From contig CM022679.1 of the NCBI GenBank assembly GCA_012295275.1, forward strand, positions 17,236,001 through 17,300,000: a DNA stretch of 64,000 bases, given 5' to 3'. Under the pieces are notes generated by a model. It had not been told where the DNA came from and made no database searches. It was given only the letters and a program-made list of their open reading frames with translations. This DNA comes from Chrysomallon squamiferum. Its lineage: Eukaryota; Animalia; Mollusca. Of the stretch, positions 13,359 through 25,863 are shown one piece after another; the first letter of the stretch is position 1, and every line of letters begins with the position of its first letter. A program made the translations under genes and the position numbers.

Positions 13359-16300
13359 CTAACTAAAAATATTAACAATAACTAGACTATTTACAATAGC
13401 ATTTGTTATCATGTAAAAGAAAAAAAAGAAAGTCAGATTCATTACAACAATAAAATTCCTGCAAAGAAGTTTAGTTTTTCATTGTGAAATTATGAACTTT
13501 AATTGTATGGAAATAACAAAAGTCAATCACTTGACAACAAGAACTGACAGCTAGTAAAACTACACATAAGTTAAACTTGGTTTTTCTCAAAACATGATCA
13601 ATAACACCTGCAAAAACAGTCCTCATAACTGAGTCATTCTGCAGTGGTCAAATACTGCTGTCCTGGCTTTCCCTTGTAAACATTGCCATGAATTGATAGA
13701 TATTTCTGTCTCTCGTCTTTTAGTATGTTATATTTTCATTATTCAAATACTTGTTTTACTAAATATTTCAAAATAATAACAATATTATTTATTTGCAATT
13801 GGAAACCAAATTTGAAAATTCTTATTATTTGGTATCCAGCTGACCAATAGTTAATTTATATTAACTTGTAAATGCAATATAGTACAGAGAAAAATCAACC
13901 AAGGCATATGTACATGAAATGTTTCACTGGAAGCAATGCTAGAACCATCAATGTCATTTTTAGCAACAGTTTCCCAGCACAGCTGTCTTGGGAACCCTTC
14001 ATCTCCATACTTAAGTCACTTATCAATTTAGTCAATAATGCACATAATGAAATGTCAATATATTGAAAACCACTTCTAAAATGTCATCATCTCTGTCATT
14101 CTTTATTGATAAAGAAATATTTCAGGGAAAACAATGTGTTCTTTTTCTATGCTGTAGGGGCCAACATATATAGGTTATCAAACATTCTTGCCAAAAGCAA
14201 AAAGAGGTGATGTACTTTGTTTTTGTTTTTTTCATTCTGGCTGTGAATGTACTGTTAATATGATAGGAAGATGTGCTGTGTAACAAATATAAAATATATT
14301 AGCTGTTGAGACAGGAGTGACTACTACATGAACTAAATTACAAAAATATTTTTTTCTTATGAATGTTATATAAATCATAAAGGATTTTGGGAAATCTTCC
14401 TCAGAAATAGCCACAGGTATGGCATAGTTATTGATATTCTTGCAAATCACACTGCCAGAACGATAATCATATTCAAAACAAGATTCAGTTCAGAGGCTGC
14501 TATTCACAGTATCTTTCTTTCTCATGTTTCATGAGCACACCATACGGTAAATCACCTAGCTGTGAAATTACCTGTTTGCTGCTGCCAAGATCTATACAAT
14601 GATTCTGAGATATGTTTGCAGATAAACATGCAGACATGATTAAAAAAAAGAAAATGAAAAAAAATATAGAAAAAAAAATATATAGAAAAGAGAATAAAAA
14701 TTATATTATGAAACCTATTTTATTAGATACAATTTATGAATAAAAAAATCTCTGTGTTTGTGTGTATGTATACAGGATGGCCCAAAAGTAGGTTTACAGT
14801 TATTACGTAGGCAATTTATTTAAAAATATAAGCATATTTCAAGCATTAAACAGAAACTGTTTAATCTCTCAGGTGCTCAAAATGTCCTTCAACATTGCAA
14901 CATTCTTCAAACCTCTCCAGGACACTCTTCAAGCATATAAATGATAGTTTAATAACTGCAAACCTACTTTTGGGGCACCCTTTATATGAAAGCTATGGAC
15001 TGTTCTGTGTTTGTTTTACTTGTTGACTTTTTTCATTATTATTCTTAATAAAAACATTTTTATTTTTTAAATTTATTTAAGTAATTTAGTTCTTATTATT
15101 TTTATTTTTTTGTCATATGTTTGTCAGTACTTAATACAGTAATTACAACAGATACCTATAAATTAAAAAAACGAAAGAACTGAAGACAAGAAGAAACTGC
15201 TTTAGTAATTTCACTTCTTTCTGGAGCAATATATCATTAGGCCATGTACAAACACTTTCAAAAAGCTGAATGTGTGAGAAATGTTCATTTGAAAATTAAA
15301 AATACCCAGTTCTTTAGGGACAAATTATTATTTTCGTGACAATATAATTTAGGGTGCATTCATCTACATAAATCTACTGCTTCAAAACAAATTCTGCATT
15401 ACACAAAATGCCAATATAATTTAAAACTGTCAAGAATTTTGAAAAGAAAGAAAAACCAAATCTGACATTCAAATGTTGATATTTCAGATAATATACCCTT
15501 ATAAAACATTTTATGTTGTGTGCAGACTGTTCAGTAGGTTTGCAAAAACTAACAAACCCAATAGTTTTACATTATGGCTATTGATAACTTCAAATTATTT
15601 TACGTATCAAGTATGTTTGCTGACATTTACTGCATTTCTTTTTAATATCTACAAAACTGATTAAACTAATAACATTTGTCCAAAATATTTGATTAATCCA
15701 GCTTAATGAAAATAATCATTTGCTGAAAATGACAACAGTGAATAAGCATGTGTGTGTGTGTGGAGAGAGAGAGAGAGAGCAAGCTGTCTTTTTAAAAATA
15801 TTACTATTATCTACTTGTTTTAGGGATTGTTTTAAATTTTCAAGGATCCTTAAAATATTAAGTTACTAATAAAAAGTTAAATAATTTTCTAAATTGTAGA
15901 ACTAGTGAAAAAGTAAGCCTTAAAAAGATTAAAATGTAACCATTGCACGTAACCCATCACTTTATTGAAGTCATAGCTATAGAGATCCATTTTCTATTGC
16001 TTCCATTTCCTTTTAACTTCCTGCAAATCAATTAGGTTACAAATTCAAGCTCTGTCAATCAATGAACATTAAGCATGCCCAAGTTAAATTTAATGCAATG
16101 TGAACAAAAACACCATTTCTTGCCTTGAGTTGCATTTTAACTTAACAACAAGGATGTTATTGTTTTGGATGCTGATGAAGGAAGAATGTATGACATTTTA
16201 AATATATCAGTGCTTTCACAATGAAAACTGATCTACTATAAAACATTGTGGGTTTGGCAACAGAAGCATACATCAAGTCATTAAATAACAGCTGAAGTAA

Positions 16301-19300
16301 ACAAAGAATATATATAAAACAGAAAAATAATAAATATATAGTTTTATATCTAATTAACACAATAAATATAATAATTAAAAGAATAAAAAAAAAAATTATT
16401 TAAGTAAAAACATTAAAATAAGAAAAGTACAGAGTAAAGTCTGAAAAATATGAAAAATGAATTCTTTCATTTTTAACATTAAAACAAGTACATAGAAATG
16501 CATTTATTGTGTATATCATTAAGATCAGAAGATTATGCTGATAAAAAGCTCAAAAGTAAGAATAAACATTAAGATATAGTCCTAAAATTTTATGTATTTT
16601 CTAAAAGCTAGAAGATATGTTGTCCAGATCATGGATTATTTATTATAATTTGACACACACCTACATACAAAAAAAAAAAAGAAAATAAAAAAAAGCCCCT
16701 ATCATAGCCAATATAAAATTCAATGTGCTTGTGTTAGTTTATAATACAAAAAGAGAAGCTACAGGATTTTATTAGATACAGTTTATGAACAAAAAATCTG
16801 TTTGTGTGAGTGTATGTGTTTGTGTTTGTTGACACTTAATGTTTGGATGTCATTATAATCAGTCTGGTTTGCAAATTAGATCAGATTAAAAACAAAAAAT
16901 GTGTTTCTGTTCTAGCTGTGAAGAACTGTTAGTGTTCTAAGATGGAACAGTTCTGGTTCTGACAGCCTGACAGATACACAGCTTTTTCTATTACTGTCAA
17001 GTGGCCCTCTTCGTTTGATTATGACCACCCTTAATTCACAATGATTGGTCACTACCCAAATTCTATTTTCAGCATATTGCAAAATACATTTTTTACTAAA
17101 GCAACAAAATCCATTAAATATAATTATGTTGGAACTACATTCCTGGTAGAAATGTGAAGATTACCATTTCAGCTGAGTAGTTTGGTACAAGATCCACTAA
17201 GAATTACTGTTTAATGCTTCATGCAAATCTCTTGTGAGTTTAACCACCAACCTATACACAAGTTCCTGAACAGTTATAACCAAATATTTTTCAAAACATA
17301 GAAAAGGATGCAGACACATGTGTGAGATAAAAAAGAAATTTTATAATGTTAATATTGATAAGTAGAATATCAATAATTGCAACATAAATATTCATTTTAA
17401 AAATAATAAAAAATAATGAAACTACAAAACAAACATTTTGTTTACATCAGATCATATATGTAGATCTACCTCAATTTTCTGTTGAAAGCAATAAATAATG
17501 ATAATCAATAAACAGTTATATTCATCTTTCAACAGTATAGTTTACTAATTCTGTGTTTGTAAATTATATGTTTATATTTAAGTGGGCATATGTAAACAGA
17601 GATACACTGGGTGCTTTATACATTAAAGGCTTTCTGCGAATTAATTATTACTGTCTGGAAAATAAAAATAATCTCATGACATTTCAGAACCAGTGTTGTT
17701 TATTTTTAAGCTCTTGCTTTTTAAGTTAAATATATACACATGACTCTAAACCCTGTAAAATGTGCAACAAATTCATTTTCTCCTCATTCTACATCAATGA
17801 TCATATAACATTTTTCTTAGCATGCTGGATAGAATTTGTTTCCCTCTGAAATTTATGTTAGTACAATCATTCTTGAAAGCAGATTCCATTTAATGACAAT
17901 ATACAACTATTTGGTAAGACTTTATGGATTAGTTTTGTTTATAAAAATGGTTTTTAATTTTGTTTGTCCTTTTAACATGCAAAACACACATTGGTTTTGA
18001 AAACAAAAGCAGTGAAATCTAGTGTTCTCTGCTCATTCAGCAGAACTACTTCTGAAGATATATTCCACCTATAGGAATGGTAAACTTATATTTTATGCAC
18101 CCCCCCCCAAAAAAAAAATAGTATTGTAATGGGAAGAACAGAAAGAAGATATATTTTATGCAACAAAGACCTCAACATTTTTAATCTATATTCATATTAT
18201 GATACACACATATTAAGGTCCAAACAAATGATGAGATAGGAAAGCAGATGGACTACTTTTTCTCACAGAAAGAAAAGTACAAATGAAGCCCGATTCTTTT
18301 CAATTATTTAAAATTCAGTTGCATAAACTATGTATTTCTGTTAGTTTTCATCTTGCTGACATACTTTTTAAAGAAAGAAAGAAAAATAATAATAATAATA
18401 AGAAATTGTATTTAAAAATGATTCCTTACCTTTGGTGATGCAGTCATGTCATGTAAAGGTTTTCAAAGGCATGATTTTACCTGGCCCAAAACATTTGCAA
18501 ACATTAACGTTTAACATAGCCAGTAATATTCTGAATGACAATTCCTGTGCTGTCTAGGTATTTTACCTCAGATTTGCTATGCTTTATGGGAGATTAAACT
18601 AGCCTACAATCAGTTTGTAGTATTAACTGATTTACTAGAAACATTCATGAAAATCCAAATTGCTGAAACTCTTATCAGACATTACAGATAACCTATTTAA
18701 ACACGTTCACAAAATAACACATTTATAACTTTCACATTATGAAGAATGTTTAATGTGTACACTTCCTAGTTAGTGGCTGCAAAATCATGGGTTTTACAGT
18801 ATTGATAAATCCATAGGAAAATACTTTATAACTAAAAAACACATTAGGCTTACTTTAGTTTCCATTTAATCTAAATATATCCTGAATGAAAGTATCTGAG
18901 TGCTTTATGCCTTATCATTTGAACAGTATATACTTACCTAAATTAAACAAAAGACAGTGCTGAAATAATACTGATGTATGTCAATCATTAACAGTAATAG
19001 AAAACATTTTTGTTATACTTTTTCTTTTAAGGTTTTTCAAAATGTTTTTAATTAAATATTTTCACAGAACCTGTTTTCTAAATTATTGTTGATGAACACA
19101 ACAATAATTAAAAATGACAAACAACTAAAGAAAGGTATGAAAATCTCTAAGCACAGAGTTGTTGACAGGTGAGAGTAAAAGATATAAGAAAATGTGTGCT
19201 GAGGAAATGAAGCTGCCAACCAATTGTTTGGTTATAACGAAGCTGAAAAGATCAGAGCACCTGATCTTCATCAGGTACATATAGGAGATTCCCAATTAGA

Positions 19301-22300
19301 TTTTCAGACAGGTTCTCTTCTCCATGTCAAGACACACTTAAAAAGAACATACTGATCAGTTGCAGAAATAGTCTGGTGAGTTTAGAGTCTATTCATACAG
19401 TCTCATTCAATTTGATATTTAGTATGTCATATGATAATATTATATAAGATTTCTTAAAGACTGAACAAAAAAAGAAGAAAAAAAACGACATGCTATCAAG
19501 ATTAAATTTCTGTCCTCTACAGAGATATTAATCCTTACATTTTATAACAAGTATTTGGAAATATGGTATATATATGCTTCATCCACAAAGATTCCTGTGG
19601 TTGAAAATAATCACACTACAAATGAATCTTATTTTCCCTAGCAATTCCAGAATTCTGAGACATCATGCAAGAAAAAGGTAACCCTGCCAAAGATAACAAG
19701 ATTGTATCACAACTAAAGATACTAAGAAAAACATCTCAAGCCTGGTATATAATTATCATAAATATTATACAAAATAACAGATGTTTAATTTTTGACATTG
19801 TAATATTAATTCTAACAAAATCTGCAAATGAATCTTTCATGTTTTATTGTTATTTCAACAAATACAATAATGTGAAATAGTATTAAAGGTTTTAAGACAG
19901 TAATAAAAAAAGAAGTCTCATCATGCAAAATAAGTTTTATAAAAACTCAAATTCTATATAAAAGGGATCTTAATAAAACATTAATATAACCTTTGAAATT
20001 TCAATCTAACACAGAAGAGAATGGAATATGTACAATTACAAACATAATCACACATTTTATTTTATAAAGAACTGCATTGAATTTCCTCATTTATTTATGA
20101 AGTTTTTCTAACAAATGAAATAACCACAAGTAATTTAAAGAGAATCTAAACTAATTAACAAAGTTAGTGTTTTCTGTTGTTCTTAAAGCAACTTAAGTCA
20201 GCCAGATTTCAAATTTACATATTTCAGCATCACAGTGTGTAAACAGTATGTCTTAAATGTATTTATCATTATAGAGTAAGTGACTGGTTCTTAATGGACA
20301 GCTTAATTGTATTTGTAACTGTAAGGTCAAAACATTTTCTTTATTTTTAATGCTATCGAATTTAAAATTACTGTTTTATGTCTCTCTGTGTTGGTATTTT
20401 GTAAATGAAATCTCACTTTGTTTTCAATATAACTAACTTCAATGTTTTTTTAACAATTTGTTTTGGGTTTTTTTCTCCCTTAAAATTACAAATATTAATG
20501 ACACTTAGAATTAGTCTACAGTATAGTGTCACCAGGCTCTTTACTAAATCATTATTACTCCAGTTTAACAAGTTCATTACTGCTGTGATGTTGGTATAGC
20601 CTCAGTTTCAATTCTAATGAACAATACTGATGACTCTGCCAAAGCATTCTGTTGTTTGAAAACACTATGGCTTCGAGGTTTTTCCCTCATCGATCTGTCT
20701 AACCATTACAACTTCCATGGTTAGTTAAAACCAAGTTACTATTACTGAGCAGACTGTAACGGCATTTTCCAGATAAGTGCTCACACTTCCATTTGTAATT
20801 CCAGTGCTGATTATCGACAAGCTAAATAAAGGCAAAGCTTTGTATTCGGAATTTGTTCTCTACTTTCATTTGACTGATAGACATTTTGTGTTCCCCGCTT
20901 AGTATGATTATTTACAACTTTTTATATTAGTCATTTCCAGACAAATAACACGATATATTGCCTTCATTATTCACAATAAACTTAATAAAAATGCAATACT
21001 ACATTTTCAGTCTTTTCTGAATATAAAAGTAGGTTAAACACTATATAAGGTCATACCTATTAAACCTTCAGAAAGCTTGTATTAAGCTAAATCAGTCTGA
21101 TTTTAAACTGATCAAAGACATGACTGAATAAGTTATGTTTCCTTTAATAAAATGTACTCTTTTTCCCTTCTAATTAGACATATTATTTTCTGTATTAGTG
21201 GTCTTGTAATAATGACAGTGCCAATGCTAACGAAATACAAGGATCGTAACAGATTTTACATATGCACGGATACAAATACAATAATCACTAATGATAAGTA
21301 CAATGCTAACAAAACCCATTCATCCAAAAGATGTCAACTGAAAATATGTATGTTGTATACCATGTGTCTCACCACATACTTACTCAGTGAAATGTGAACA
21401 TGAAAGTTCCAAGAACCAAAATCATATGACAGCAATAATGCCAGAAACATCTGGGAAGAAAAAACTGGTCAATATCATTGAATATGTTTAGGGGTCATTC
21501 CGTGTCAAATCACCCCCAAAAAAAAGAAATTTAAACCCGACCGTCTCAGATTTTTATAAAACTTGGTATACTTGTTGACTGGGATCCCACAGCACCAAAT
21601 CTGAAATATTAGCCCAATCAGACCAGTGGTGTAGGCCTACAATGTCTTACTGGATGATCAAGAAAGATGGTGATCCCTAGCATCCAGAATTGACCATTCA
21701 GGTTTTAGTTAATCAGATGTTAATGGCTGAAAACATGTTATTTTCATGTATGTGCATTTTTTAAATCTATACTGTGGCTAAACAAAAAATATTACACCCA
21801 GGAAACTTTTATATGTTTTAGTTAACATGTGGGAGATTAAATTTCAATAAAGGTCATCTCAAGATCACGTGATCCACACGGTCAATTTCAAGGTCATAGC
21901 AAAGGTCAAAAGGTCAAGGTACTCCAATATTTTCCAAACTAAACAAAAATGGCAGATTTGGTATCCTTGTCATTTTGCCTTTCTAACAATACCAATTTTA
22001 TGAAGATTGGCCCAGTAGTTCCTGAGATATGAGGGTTCTAAGGTTGGTGGTCACGCCCATTTTTGGCAAAAATCTCAAAATTCTGTGGGCCATATCTCCC
22101 ACACCACTGGTCTGATTGGGCTAATATTTCAGATTTGGTGCTGTGGGATCCCAGTCAACAAGTATACCAAGTTTCATAAAAATCTGAGACGGTCGGGTTT
22201 AAACCATTGGGTGATTTGACACGGAATGACCCTTAGCAGACACACATTTTAAATAGCAAAAACATGATGACTGATGTTTGTTTTAATCTTTAAGACAGTA

Positions 22301-25300
22301 CAGGTATTGTAACAGGTATTTAACAAATACTTCACAGTATTTAAATAAATAAACAAACAATGAACCAAATAAATATAAAAATGTTTTAAAAAGATGTTAT
22401 ACAGCTAAATAAAATACTTATTCAGTGAAAATGAAAAAAGTGGTTATCCACATGCTTATTAATTTACTAGATTAATTTTCACATCCCCAGGCAAAGAGAA
22501 ATTGAATTTTTTTTTACTATTACTAATGTTACTATCAATCAACTCTGTCAACTTCAAGCAAAATAACTGAAACTTCATGCTGTAGTAGTCATACATCAAG
22601 GTTTGACTAGCATGTGTGATGTGCATTAAGTAAGACTGCTAAATTGATATGTGAAATATATACATATTTATCAGTTTCTAGTGCATTCAGCATTACTGTT
22701 TGTACAAAAAGGAATCAGCTGTTTGGAAAATCAAATGTATAAATGAAGGTGATAAGTAAAAAGAATGTAGACATGAAGACATATTGGTGAAGGTAAAGAA
22801 GAACTGTCTGCACCATACACAAATGTGGGCATCCATTAAAGATTTCATTTGAGTAAGTGGCAAATCATACTCTTGCATTGAATACAGAATGTATAAACTA
22901 TCAAAGCTAATTTGGAAATTGTAAGCTCTCAATTTATAACATAAATGTCAAATGACCTGCTTGTGTGCATGTTTTACGTTTATTTATATATATTAGGAAT
23001 ATTCAGAGTAATGATGAAATGCTTTGCATAAATGCAAGTTGATATGATATGTTTTAATATGATACTTCATTCCTGAACAGAAATCTTAAGTTTTATGATA
23101 AACTAGTGCATTAAAACACAAAATGACAAAAATTTAACATTAACAGGTCTGTGATATGTTAATTTATGGTGTTTTTGATTTACCAACAAGAGGTGAGCAT
23201 TTTCTTTGCAAACAGTTCAAAGGGAGTCAGCAAGATCAAAAAATTGTAAAATTCAATTAAATTGTATTCAGCATATAAGTAAAAATTTTGACTGATATGT
23301 AATACTCTTTCTTGAACATTACAAAAAGATTTTCATCTTGAAAAAATGCACAGTGAAAAAGTTAATATGAGGACTCAGATAGCATCAAGATACCAAGAAC
23401 TGGAGGTAATCAAATAAATTACCACTTGACAACGTTGTCTGTAAGATGCAATTTAACTGGTGAAGACAAATACCACTGGGTTCTAACAGGTCGCACTGAC
23501 AGTTCCCAGAACCAAAATAACATGACAGCAATAATGCCAGAAAAATCTGGGAAGAAAAAAACTGGTCAATATGTTTAGCAGACACGTATTTTAAATAGCA
23601 AAAACATGATGACTGATGTTTGTTTTAATCATAAAGACAGTACAGGTATTGTTACTGCAGCATACAGGGTCAGATTAACAGAAAAAGTTTAAAATGTTAA
23701 ATGCATTTTGTGATTATTTATTTAGATCTGTATTTAAAACAAAATATTCATTTGTATATATTTTGTGTCTTAAATAAAGTAACAATGTAAATTCTGCTTT
23801 AGTGAATATAATGATGTTGTTTTTTACTAAATAATTTTTATCCTGATTTTTTTTGTAATATTCAGACACTTCTAGGAATTACTTAGCGAATCAGGTTTTT
23901 AACAAATACTTCACAGTATTTAAATAAACAAACAAACAACCAACCAAATAAATATTAAAATGTTTTACGAAAGATTTTGTATAGCTAAATAAAACTAAAA
24001 AAAAATTAAAGCAGTGATACCAATCAGGCTTGTTTGTTCTAGCTGTACTTAAAGTAAACCAGTTATTACTTTTGTCATGAAGAATTACTGGGAAGAAACT
24101 GTTTTTGCATTCTGAAAAGTATTTGTTAGCACATGTTAAAAATCTCTTTTTTGAAAAAAACCACTTAATGCTTTGACAAACTTGTAGCACTTACTTAGCC
24201 CATCTCATCTTTAACAAATGCTTATCAAAGTGTCAGACACATTTTATTTTTAATAAAATGGTATTTTCCAACCAAACTTACTGATGGATGAAAAACATAA
24301 TATTTCCATTAGCAGATAAAAGGGACAATTTCAGTATATGAAATATAACAACATTTTCTTCGTTGAGAGAGAAAAAAAATAATTAAAAAGAAAATCAATA
24401 GCACTGGCAGTGTAGGCTTTGAACAGTTGATGTTTTAAACACTTAGAAAAATAAAATCAGTGAATAGGCTGTAAACATTATCATTAATAAAAATGTTTAT
24501 ACATTAAGAAAATTAGAATATATCAAAGTTATAGTTAGCATTATTAAATACCCACAAGGATAAAAAAGAAAAGAAAAAAAAAAAGGTAATGACACTGTAT
24601 TATTATACATACAAAACAGACTGTTGTTAACATTACTGATGTTAAGAAATATTTCTGAACATGATAAAATTAATAAATATTTTTGTATGATGTAATGGAA
24701 CATTATTTAAAACAAGACAGACCTATATTCATTTTCTACACAACATAGTTACCTGTGTTATATTGTTTGACACATATTTTATGAAATATCATATTACCGT
24801 ACTTGTATTTCCTTATCAACAGGTTTTTAATATTAAAAATGATATATTTTTGTTTAGAAGTTAAAAACAGTTTAAAAAAAAAAAAAAAAAAATGCACAAT
24901 ATGAAAATAACCCCCCCAAACATGATCAATTTACAACAAATTTGTTTTAATTTTATAGCTATTATTTTTTAAATGTATTTTATTTTTTAATTTAATTTTA
25001 TTTGTTTTGTTTTTTGAAAATAATATAAATTTATAAATTCTTGTCATCTAAACTATTAAATATTTGTAGATCTGATTTTATTTAACAGCTTTTATTACCT
25101 AAAAAGGATAAAAAGTCAAAAATCACTATTTTGAGGCTGTTGGTAAACCAAAATAACTTTACACACCATATACATACAGAAAACAATCAGATAATGAAAA
25201 CTTACATATGGTCCTCACTGTATGTTTCAGCTATGTTTGCCTATGTACAATGGTTGGTGTGCTTTCTGTTTAGCAATTATGTCATTTTGGACAGATCTTG

Positions 25301-25822
25301 AGTTGTGTGAATGCATCTATAGTAATTCTCACTTTCTTCCACTATATATTTATTTTTATTGTTTATGTTAAACAGTAAATTATTAATTACCTATTTATTG
25401 TTGTTTGTCAAAGCTTTACACTGTATTTATTCAAGTTAAGGGTGGGTGAAAATATGATATATATCAACATTATTTATATTAATTCTTCTTTATACATCAT
25501 TTTGTAATTTGTTGTATTTTCATAGTACACACTGATTATATATACAAAGAAATCCCTGTACATTATAAATGACAATATAATAAAACACAGACAACATTTA
25601 CCCTGCATGCTCAATACCTCTTTATAATGATTACTTGTACAAAAGTAAAATTATATATAATAATCAAGTACATGTATCTGCAGTTAAACAAAACAGTAAA
25701 GTTCTCAAAAGGCAAACCATAAAATTTGTCTCAGATTTCTTTCACAGATGTAGGAGGTACCATTTAGGATATCTTATGTTCTGGGTTTTATTTTTAATCT
25801 TATTTTCAAACTGAAAGTGAAA

Positions 25823-25863
<41 letters not shown>

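Noticed and set aside
17161-18504. Further phase-0 ATG-donor pairs (ATG|gtaatc at 17165; MFANVLGQ|gtaaaa at 18481)
   Set aside because: Weak donors, at a frequency expected by chance in a 26 kb intron.
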